Assembly (NCBI GenBank): GCA_041498975.1
Contig: JBGQJI010000052.1
Span: forward strand, 1 to 15,720
Length of the DNA: 15,720 bases
Reading direction: 5' to 3'
DNA from: Candidatus Methylomirabilis sp.
GTDB taxonomy: Bacteria; Methylomirabilota; Methylomirabilia; Methylomirabilales; Methylomirabilaceae
Below, one piece after another: positions 7,622-15,720 of this stretch (positions within the stretch are counted from its first letter, which is position 1; every line of letters begins with the position of its first letter). The position numbers and the translations under genes were made by a program. The notes under the pieces were generated by a model. It saw only the letters and a list, made by a program, of their open reading frames with translations, searched no databases and had not been told where the DNA came from.

Positions 7622-8283
7622 AGTCCAAACATCCCCACCTTCCCTGCCTTACGGGGCCGCAAAACCTCGAACTCGAACAGGAGCAGTTGTTCGGCAGAGC
7701 CGATATAGAAGGAACTCAGCTCCAGGACGAACGCTTTTGCATCTGGCTGTGGCGGCGGGAAGAGGAGCAGGCCTTCGCGGTCGAGCTTTGGCGGGATAAC
7801 AATATAGTTCGTGAGGACCGTCTCCTCCAACGCCTGCAGGGCCTTGGCCGGCTCGTCGCCCTCCGAGAACGCGCTGTACAGCTCATCATACGACAACACG
7901 GCCATGCGGTGCCTTTCCTGGTCTTCCAAGAGCGCCTGGCTGGGATCAAAGCTGATCCGCTCCCGGCCCAGATTCTGGATCCGGACGATGAAGGCCAGCG
8001 GGCGGTTCGTGGATTTCGGCAGGGTCTTGAACGGATTGATGAGGGCTGGCCGCCGCAAGTAGTACGCGTCAAGCCCTTCCGGGCCGAGCGGTTGAACGGT
8101 CATGGCCGCGCCCTGCAGCGTGGCAATGATGAGATCGCCTTGGGCCCGCAGGGCAGGCAGGTGCTGGGGCCCAGGGCGGAGCATCGCCTCCCCGCTCGGG
8201 CCAGAGGCGCATGCGGCGAACGTTGTCGCCATCAGGAGAATAAAAAGGCGGGCCAACGGCCCGCCTGACACGCGGCATTTCAT
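7618..8283 (-). CDS. hypothetical lipoprotein
   Basis: Fills the gap between htpX and the NTase gene with a stop/start overlap. Hydrophobic LFILLMATT followed by lipobox-like FAAC. Start is ATG 8283 or TTG 8292. Confidence 0.7.
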   Translation of the reverse strand: MKCRVSGGPLARLFILLMATTFAACASGPSGEAMLRPGPQHLPALRAQGDLIIATLQGAAMTVQPLGPEGLDAYYLRRPALINPFKTLPKSTNRPLAFIVRIQNLGRERISFDPSQALLEDQERHRMAVLSYDELYSAFSEGDEPAKALQALEETVLTNYIVIPPKLDREGLLLFPPPQPDAKAFVLELSSFYIGSAEQLLLFEFEVLRPRKAGKVGMFGL

Positions 8284-8310
8284 CGTATGCAAGTTACCCG
8301 GGAGTCACCT

Positions 8311-9159
8311 TCAGACCCGAAGAGCTCGAAGGCGGGCGATCCGCTCCTCGATGGGCGGGTGGGTTGAAAAGAGCCTGAACAGGGCGTCTCCGCGAAGCGG
8401 GTTGACGATGAAGAGGTGCGAGGTTGCCGGGTTGGCTTCCATCGGCAGACGATCGGCTGCCACCTCCAGCTTCTGCAGGGCGGAAGCCAACGCATACGGC
8501 TTATGGCTGAGTTGCGCGCCCGACTCATCGGCCTGAAACTCCCGAGACCTGGAGATCGCCAGTTGGATCAGCGTTGCGGCGATAGGCGCCAGGATTGCCA
8601 GGAGCAGAAACCCCAGAGCGCCGCCCCCGCGATCTTCCTCATCGCGACCGCCCCCGCCAAAGAAGGGCATCCACATCGCCATTCGGGCCAGCATCACGAT
8701 CACCCCGGCAAGCGTCGCGGCAACGGTGCTGATCAGGGTGTCCCGATTCCGGACGTGCGCAAGCTCATGTGACAGCACCCCCTCCAGCTCCTCCTCGTTG
8801 AGGATCCTCAGGATGCCCTGGGTAGCGGCGACGGCCGCGTGCTCCGGATTGCGCCCGGTCGCAAAGGCGTTAGGGGTATCGGTTGGGATAATATAGATGC
8901 GGGGCATAGGCATGTGGGCCCGCTGGGCCAACCCCCTGACGATTCTGTGCAGGTCAGGGGCCTCTGCCTCGCTGACCGGCTTGGCGCGGTACATCGCCAG
9001 GACGATCTTATCCGAGAACCAGTAGGACCCGAAGTTCATCAGCAAGGCGATGACGAAGGCGGTCGCCATCCCTTGGGTCCCGCCAAAGTAGCCTCCGATC
9101 AATACCAGCAGGCCGGTCAGCAGGCCCAGCAGGGCCGTGGTTTTCACAGCGTTATTCAT
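8311..9159 (-). CDS. htpX: zinc metalloprotease HtpX (M48B)
   Basis: [21 protein letters not shown] zinc motif, [25 protein letters not shown] upstream. Confidence 0.96.
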   Translation of the reverse strand: MNNAVKTTALLGLLTGLLVLIGGYFGGTQGMATAFVIALLMNFGSYWFSDKIVLAMYRAKPVSEAEAPDLHRIVRGLAQRAHMPMPRIYIIPTDTPNAFATGRNPEHAAVAATQGILRILNEEELEGVLSHELAHVRNRDTLISTVAATLAGVIVMLARMAMWMPFFGGGGRDEEDRGGGALGFLLLAILAPIAATLIQLAISRSREFQADESGAQLSHKPYALASALQKLEVAADRLPMEANPATSHLFIVNPLRGDALFRLFSTHPPIEERIARLRALRV

Positions 9160-9221
9160 GACGTTCGTCCTCCTTGATCGCGGCGGATGGCACCATCACA
9201 TCGCCGCCATACCACATATTG

Positions 9222-9250
9222 AGCCTAGTCGAACTCCTCACGTCTGTCAA
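9222..9250 (-). promoter_or_regulatory. putative sigma70 promoter of htpX
   Basis: Minus strand TTGACA (9250-9245), 17-nt spacer, TAGGCT (9227-9222). Confidence 0.6.
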
Positions 9251-9289
9251 GGGGATCGCAGCCGGCAAAGACTGATGACTCAGCTTCTC

Positions 9290-9679
9290 TCAGAGGCCGC
9301 GCCGGTGGAACAGATCGCGTCTGCCGACAGGAACCAGCCCTTCCGTCTCGTGCTCCCCCCACCGCTTCATCTCTGCGCCGAATCGTTCAGCCATCGCCTG
9401 CAGCATCTCGTTCACCTGGCGCTGCATCGCATCCATCTGCTCCCGCATATTCAGGATGACCTCGACGCCGGCAAGATTGATGCCCAGTTCCTTGGTCAGC
9501 CGTAGGATCAGCTCGATGCGCTCGACATCTTCCTCAGAGTAGACGCGAGTGTTGCCACCGGTGCGGCCCGGCCTGAGCAGCCCTTCTCGCTCATAGGTCC
9601 GAAGGGTCTGCGGGTGGATACTGAACATCTCGGCCACGACGCTGATAGAGTATCGACGCCGTCGCTGCCTCATCATCAT
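9290..9679 (-). CDS. hspR: MerR-family heat-shock repressor HspR
   Basis: [38 protein letters not shown]...[14 protein letters not shown]. Directly downstream of dnaJ. Three tandem ATGs make the exact start uncertain (9679/9676/9673). Confidence 0.88.
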   Translation of the reverse strand: [129 protein letters not shown]

Positions 9680-9702
9680 CCCCTTTCAGTTCTCCGGTGT
9701 GC

Positions 9703-10830
9703 TCATCGTGAGGATGAATGACGCCATATCCCACGCCGCGGGTCATCGGGGTGCAGTCGTCCCAGCTCGAGGAACAACTCTTGCGATCGGGTATCGAGAT
9801 TCGCGGGGACCATAATTTTCACCGTCACAAACTGATCACCGCGGCCCGGTCCCTTCAGGTGCGGAACTCCCATCCCTCGGAGGCGGAGGGTCTGGCCGCT
9901 GCTGGTCCCAGTGGGGATCCGCATCGAGGCCTTCCCGTCCACCGTCGGAATCTCTATCTTCGCCCCCAGGGCCGCTTCGGTCACGGTGATCGGCACCTCG
10001 CAGTACAGGTTATCCCCCCTTCGCTCGAAGAAGGGATGCGGCCGCACCCTCGTCACGATATACAGGTCTCCGGGTGGCCCGCCAGCGTGCCCCGCATGGC
10101 CTTTCCCCTGAACCCGGACGTTCGATCCGTTGTCCACACCGGGTGGGATCTTGATCGAGATTCGTTCGGTCTTGAGGACCACCCGGTTTCCGTTGCAGGA
10201 GGCACACAGGGCCGAGGGAAGCTTTCCCGTGCCCCGGCACCTGGCGCAGGCCTGTTGTCCACTGAGGGGTCCCAGCCCCGCCCGGGACCGGCCGCTTCCT
10301 TTGCAGGCAGGACAGGGTTGCAATCGGCCACCAGAGCCGACCCCAGTTCCCTGGCATGTGGGACACGCCCCCTGCCGCTGCAGGCTGATCTCAGTCGACA
10401 GGCCTCGGATCGCGTCTTCGAAGTTGAGATCGATCGAGTAGTGGAGATCTTCACCCTTCGATGGCCCGGTCTGGGCGGTGGACCCTCGCCGGCCGAACAG
10501 GTCCGAGAGGAGGTCTTCGAACCCCCCGGACCCGCCGAGGTCGAACTGGCTGAAATCAAAGCCCGCAGGCCCGCCACCGGGGTACTGCGCCCCTTCATGG
10601 GCGCCGCCAAAGGGTTGGTGCCCGAATTGGTCGTATTGCCGCCGCTTCGCCGGGTCGCTCAGGACCTCGTACGCCTCGTTGATTTCTTTGAACTTCGCCT
10701 CTGCCGCTTTGTTCTTTGGGTTGACGTCTGGGTGGTGTTTCCTGGCCAGCCGCCGGTAGGCGTTCTTGATCTCCTTCTCCGAGGCGCTTCTGCCGACACC
10801 CAGCACCTCGTAGTAGTCGCGCTTGTTCAT
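9703..10830 (-). CDS. dnaJ: molecular chaperone DnaJ (type I)
   Basis: [13 protein letters not shown] motif, G/F region, four CxxCxGx(G/R) repeats, GPPGDLY. GTG 10854 is an alternative start. Confidence 0.96.
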   Translation of the reverse strand: MNKRDYYEVLGVGRSASEKEIKNAYRRLARKHHPDVNPKNKAAEAKFKEINEAYEVLSDPAKRRQYDQFGHQPFGGAHEGAQYPGGGPAGFDFSQFDLGGSGGFEDLLSDLFGRRGSTAQTGPSKGEDLHYSIDLNFEDAIRGLSTEISLQRQGACPTCQGTGVGSGGRLQPCPACKGSGRSRAGLGPLSGQQACARCRGTGKLPSALCASCNGNRVVLKTERISIKIPPGVDNGSNVRVQGKGHAGHAGGPPGDLYIVTRVRPHPFFERRGDNLYCEVPITVTEAALGAKIEIPTVDGKASMRIPTGTSSGQTLRLRGMGVPHLKGPGRGDQFVTVKIMVPANLDTRSQELFLELGRLHPDDPRRGIWRHSSSR

Positions 10831-10873
10831 CCGCACCACCAGGCTGTTCGCCACTCGTCCCTGCTACGCGGGC

Positions 10874-10922
10874 AAAGAAAGCGGGGGTTCAGGCGGAGCG
10901 ATGACTCCGTCCTCGAACCTCC
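10874..10922 (-). terminator. putative intrinsic terminator/attenuator between hsp20 and dnaJ
   Basis: Minus strand GGAGGTTC-G-AGG-A-CGGAG-loop-CTCCG-CCT-GAACCCCC followed by GCTTTCTTT. Confidence 0.5.
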
Positions 10923-10954
10923 ACTCACGCCCCGTTGGGACCCTCCCAGGAGCC

Positions 10955-11425
10955 TCACGCCCCCTCGATCGGGATCGTCTTGGGCTTCGCCTCTTCCCGC
11001 TTGGGGAGCCGGATCTCGAGCAGCCCGTTCCTGTAGACGGCCTTGATCCCATCGGCATCTACCATCGACGGGAGGAGCAGGGTCCGAGAGAAAGGCCCGT
11101 GGACCCGCTCCACTCGGTAGTAGCTCTCATCCCCGACCTTATACTCCCGATGCCGCTCCCCTCGGACCGTCAGGGTGTCGCCAACCAGGGAGATATCGAT
11201 CTCCTTTTGATCGACTCCCGGCAGCTCGAGGACCGCCACGATCTCGTCCTTCGTTTCATAGATGTCGGCGGCGGGCGTCCACCCCACGTCCGGGGATGTT
11301 CCCGGACGATCTATCCGCTTGAAGAAGGCATCGAAAACCCCGTTCATCTCTTTTTGAATGTCCTGGATCCCGGCAAAGGGGTCCCAATGGGTCTTGAGGC
11401 TCGGCAGCAAGCCCTGAAGAGCCAT
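10955..11425 (-). CDS. Hsp20/alpha-crystallin small heat shock protein (second copy)
   Basis: WDPF, PAADIYET, ELPGV, LTVRGER, RVERVHGPFSR, YRNGLLEIRLPK, C-terminal IPI. SD AAGGAGG. Confidence 0.95.
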   Translation of the reverse strand: MALQGLLPSLKTHWDPFAGIQDIQKEMNGVFDAFFKRIDRPGTSPDVGWTPAADIYETKDEIVAVLELPGVDQKEIDISLVGDTLTVRGERHREYKVGDESYYRVERVHGPFSRTLLLPSMVDADGIKAVYRNGLLEIRLPKREEAKPKTIPIEGA

Positions 11426-11477
11426 AGGTCATCCCTCCTTTCGGCGTTCTATCAGCTGATACATTCTATGGCCCTCC

Positions 11478-11503
11478 GCCTGCCTCCTTGCTGTGAGGCA
11501 GGC
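11478..11503. other. intergenic 9-bp perfect hairpin between the hsp20 genes
   Basis: GCCTGCCTC (11478-11486) / GAGGCAGGC (11495-11503), 8-nt loop. No U-tract on either strand. Confidence 0.5.
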
Positions 11504-11532
11504 TGGTCATGGTTCTCTGTTACAGTTCCCTG

Positions 11533-11985
11533 CTACTTCACTTCGACCTTCACTTGCTTTGGCTTGGCCTCCTCGGCCTTCGGCAACGTCACCTCGAGGA
11601 CGCCGTCTTTGAACACCGCCTTGATCTTGTCCTGCTGGATGGCCGTGGAGAGGCTGAAGGCACGCTGAAACGCCCCGTACGAGCGTTCGATCCTCAGGTA
11701 GTTCTCGTCCTTGACGTCCCGCTCGAACTTCCGCTCACCTTTCAGCGTGAGGGTGTTGTCCCGCACCTGGATGTCGATGTTCTCCCGGCTGACCCCAGGC
11801 AGCTCCGCCTTCATGACGATGCTGTCCGCGGTCTCGAAGATGTCCACGGCCGGCACCCATGTGGAGGCGGTCAGCCCCTCCTCGTCGTCAGCCCGCGTCC
11901 TGGACAGCGCCTGATCGAACATTCGGTTCATTCTGTCCTGAAGCGTCACGACATCGCGGAATGGATCCCATCGAACGATCGCCAT
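11533..11985 (-). CDS. Hsp20/alpha-crystallin small heat shock protein (first copy)
   Basis: MAIVRWDPFRD, WVPAVDIFET, AELPGV, RIERSYGAFQRAF, FKDGVLEVTLPK, C-terminal VKV. SD AAGGAGGTGA at 12000-11991 favours ATG 11985. Confidence 0.96.
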   Translation of the reverse strand: MAIVRWDPFRDVVTLQDRMNRMFDQALSRTRADDEEGLTASTWVPAVDIFETADSIVMKAELPGVSRENIDIQVRDNTLTLKGERKFERDVKDENYLRIERSYGAFQRAFSLSTAIQQDKIKAVFKDGVLEVTLPKAEEAKPKQVKVEVK

Positions 11986-12016
11986 CGTCTTCACCTCCTT
12001 TCTTACCGCATCATAT

Positions 12017-12239
12017 TGTCATTTCGGGCGACCAAATAAGCCGAAACCCAGAGCCCTTCGGCTTCGCTCAGGATAAACTCCGCGAAGGGGTGGCAATCCG
12101 ACACGCAGTGTCGTTGCGAGGCGCAGCCGAAGCAATCTCGCATTGGGTCCATCGGGGGCCTAAAGTACGCAGCCTGCCCCGAGCGGCGGCCCTTCGACTC
12201 AACTCAGGACAGGCGAGGGGTCCCGCTTCTCGCAATGAC
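12017..12239. repeat. mosaic of REP-like palindromic units
   Basis: GTCGTTGCGAG (12110-12120) / CTCGCAATGAC (12229-12239) form a 10/11 inverted pair. Two related units CCCTTCGGCTTCGCTCAGGATAAAC (12054-12078) and CCCTTCGACTCAACTCAGGACAGGC (12190-12214). Decayed TGTCATTTCGGG at 12017. Confidence 0.75.
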
Positions 12240-12267
12240 CAGCCTTTGATTGAGGCGCATGGAACAG

Positions 12268-14202
<1,935 letters not shown>

Positions 14203-14264
14203 TTTTTCTCCTCCTAATGACTATTCGGCTCATCCAGTGGCCGGCTGCCTAGCTTCCACCTCGA

Positions 14265-14293
14265 AAGATAATACTTGAGCCCACTCCTGTCAA
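14265..14293 (-). promoter_or_regulatory. sigma70 promoter of the dnaK operon
   Basis: Minus strand TTGACA (14293-14288), 17-nt spacer, TATCTT (14270-14265). Confidence 0.75.
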
Positions 14294-14294
14294 G
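14274..14294. promoter_or_regulatory. HAIR-like HspR operator
   Basis: CTTGAGC-N7-TGTCAAG versus consensus CTTGAGT-N7-ACTCAAG (11/14, correct spacing). It overlaps the -35 and spacer, and hspR is in the same operon. Confidence 0.75.
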
Positions 14295-14361
14295 ATTTTT
14301 TACAAGTCATTACTAAGTTTTTGAGCCATTTTTGGAAGGGGTCTGACCGATGCGAAACCCC

Positions 14362-14390
14362 TTGACTTCCCAACGCAGCTAGGCTACATT
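14362..14390 (+). promoter_or_regulatory. putative sigma70 promoter divergent from dnaK
   Basis: TTGACT (14362-14367), 17-nt spacer, TACATT (14385-14390). Confidence 0.65.
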
Positions 14391-14419
14391 CCACATAACC
14401 TATTAAATTTCATGGGGAA

Positions 14420-14577
14420 AAGCCACCATGTCTACGTGCGGTCGATAGGGGCTGGTCCGAGAAAAAGTGTCAGGGCTCACGATGGAACCTTGCTGTCGAC
14501 TCGGCGCGAAGAGTTGGCCACCAACTTAAGCGGGTCATTCTGCGGCTGGATCATCGCATGTCATGGAGGAAGGGCTT
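14420..14577 (+). ncRNA. candidate structured RNA (6S/SsrS-like rod, or structured leader of cutA)
   Basis: End-to-end pairing found by eye: AAGCC/GGCTT, CCATG/CATGG, ACGTGCGGT/ATCGCATGT (two G-U), GAT/ATC, TGGTCCG/CGGGTCA, plus apical hairpins. Lies just downstream of a promoter. Confidence 0.4.
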
Positions 14578-14600
14578 GTTAGCAGCAAGGAGAGAAGCCA

Positions 14601-14927
14601 ATGGATAAGGTCCCGACCCATGTCGTCGTTCTGGTCACTGCGCCCTCGACAAAGGAGGCTGAGGCGATCGGGAGATCGCTGGTCGAAGCTCGGCTGGCGG
14701 CCTGTGTGAACATCTCTCCCGGTGTGCGCTCGCTCTTCCGATGGCAGGGAGCGATCGAAGACCAGGAAGAGGCGCTCCTGCTCGTGAAGAGCCGGAGCGA
14801 TCTGGTCCCGTCCCTGATCGAAGCCGTCAAGAGGTTACACTCCTACACGGTGCCGGAGGTGATTGCGCTGCCTATTCTGGCCGGTTCCCCTGACTACCTG
14901 GCCTGGATCGACGAGTCGCTGGGGTGA
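14601..14927 (+). CDS. cutA: divalent-cation tolerance protein CutA
   Basis: LVEARLAACVN, SLFRWQG, HSYTVPEVIALPI, GSPDYLAW. SD AAGGAG upstream. Confidence 0.95.
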   Translation: MDKVPTHVVVLVTAPSTKEAEAIGRSLVEARLAACVNISPGVRSLFRWQGAIEDQEEALLLVKSRSDLVPSLIEAVKRLHSYTVPEVIALPILAGSPDYLAWIDESLG

Positions 14928-15720
14928 AGGCGCCTCGCACCGCCATAGCTGATCCGCCGCTCTTCGCGCTGGTCATGGGAGGAGGGGCAGCACGCGGGGC
15001 CGCACATATCGGCGTGCTCCGTGCCCTGGAGGAAGAGGGCCTTCTTCCCGACCTCCTGGTAGGGGTCAGCATAGGGGCGATCGTGGGCGCCGTCTTCGCG
15101 ACGGACGATGATCACAGGTGGGCCATCGAGCGGTTGCGCGACGCGGCGATCGCTCTTCAGGATCGATTTGTCGATCTCCCTCAGCCGGTAAAGCTTCTCA
15201 AGGTCATTCAGCTCTTCGGTCGGCGTCAGCGGCGCCGGTGGCTGGAAGAGAAACTCAGGCTCAAAGGACTCAGGTTTTCTGCATTGCGCCCTTCGCTCTT
15301 GGCCACTGCGACACGACTGTACCCGCCGGGGCGGGCGGTCCTGGGCAGGACGCCAGAGGAGCCGGTCGTCGAGGCGCTCATGGCAAGCTCAGCCATGCCC
15401 TCGCGTTTCCCCGCCCGGTACCGCGGAGGATTCCTGGTCGACGGCGCCCTTGCGGGGAGCCTGCCTGCCCTCACCGCCCTGGAGCAAGGAGCGCGGGTGA
15501 TCGTGGCGGTTAATCTCGGATTCCTCTTCAGGCGCAGGCAGGATTTCAGGCGGCTTCTCCCGTGGCGGGTCATCGACTGGCTCGGAAAGGCCCAGATGCG
15601 ACGGGAGCTGGAAGAGTGCCGGCGGCGAGGCGCTGTCGTCATCGAGATCGGGCCGGCCGGCTTCGAAGGGGAAAGCATCCTGGCATTCGAAAAGCTTGAC
15701 AAACTGATCGAAGCAGGGTA
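14924..15720 (+). CDS. patatin-like phospholipase (partial, runs off window)
   Basis: Manual translation from GTG 14924 (GTGA overlap with the cutA stop): LVMGGGAARGAAHIGVLRALEE, nucleophile elbow GVSIG, ASSAMP, LVDGA. No stop before the window end, so it is absent from the ORF track. Confidence 0.9.
   Translation, partial: MKAPRTAIADPPLFALVMGGGAARGAAHIGVLRALEEEGLLPDLLVGVSIGAIVGAVFATDDDHRWAIERLRDAAIALQDRFVDLPQPVKLLKVIQLFGRRQRRRWLEEKLRLKGLRFSALRPSLLATATRLYPPGRAVLGRTPEEPVVEALMASSAMPSRFPARYRGGFLVDGALAGSLPALTALEQGARVIVAVNLGFLFRRRQDFRRLLPWRVIDWLGKAQMRRELEECRRRGAVVIEIGPAGFEGESILAFEKLDKLIEAG

Noticed and set aside
11450..11461. Perfect 12-bp palindrome TATCAGCTGATA upstream of the second hsp20
   Set aside because: A few 12-bp palindromes are expected by chance in 15.7 kb. 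The adjacent TAGAAT lacks a matching -35 or extended -10.
9718..11668. 442-aa and 281-aa plus-strand ORFs opposite dnaJ and hsp20
   Set aside because: Shadow ORFs of well-supported genes in GC-rich DNA with no recognisable domains.
11426..12016. ROSE-type RNA thermometers ahead of the hsp20 genes
   Set aside because: No U(U/C)GCU anti-SD element pairing with either SD was seen in the leaders.
14412..14582. 56-codon ORF (MGKSHHVYVRS...GRAC) in the cutA leader
   Set aside because: No SD and no recognisable protein features. The end-to-end pairing explains the region better, though translation is not excluded.

Overview
GC-rich bacterial window of mostly housekeeping and stress genes. DnaK carries the diderm-type insert; the gene style suggests an NC10/Methylomirabilota- or Nitrospira-like lineage, which is inference only. 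Gene order: 3' end of an IS630-family transposase; signal-peptide-bearing SlyD/FKBP isomerase; membrane HAMP-class III adenylate cyclase; thrB; proC-yggT-yggU(DUF167); a minus-strand htpX-lipoprotein-nucleotidyltransferase-TPM cluster; a minus-strand heat-shock operon dnaK-hsp20-hsp20-dnaJ-hspR with no grpE and a HAIR operator over its promoter; then cutA and a patatin-like phospholipase running off the window end. The most interesting signals are non-coding. (1) Two small elements share a CTAGTGCCGTTCCAA end and sit exactly on the TAG stops of proC and yggT; one separates yggU from its probable start codon and the other carries a highly structured interior. (2) A ~160-nt rod-like structured RNA candidate (6S-like) lies behind its own sigma70 promoter upstream of cutA. 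(3) REP-like palindrome mosaics occur in two intergenic regions.
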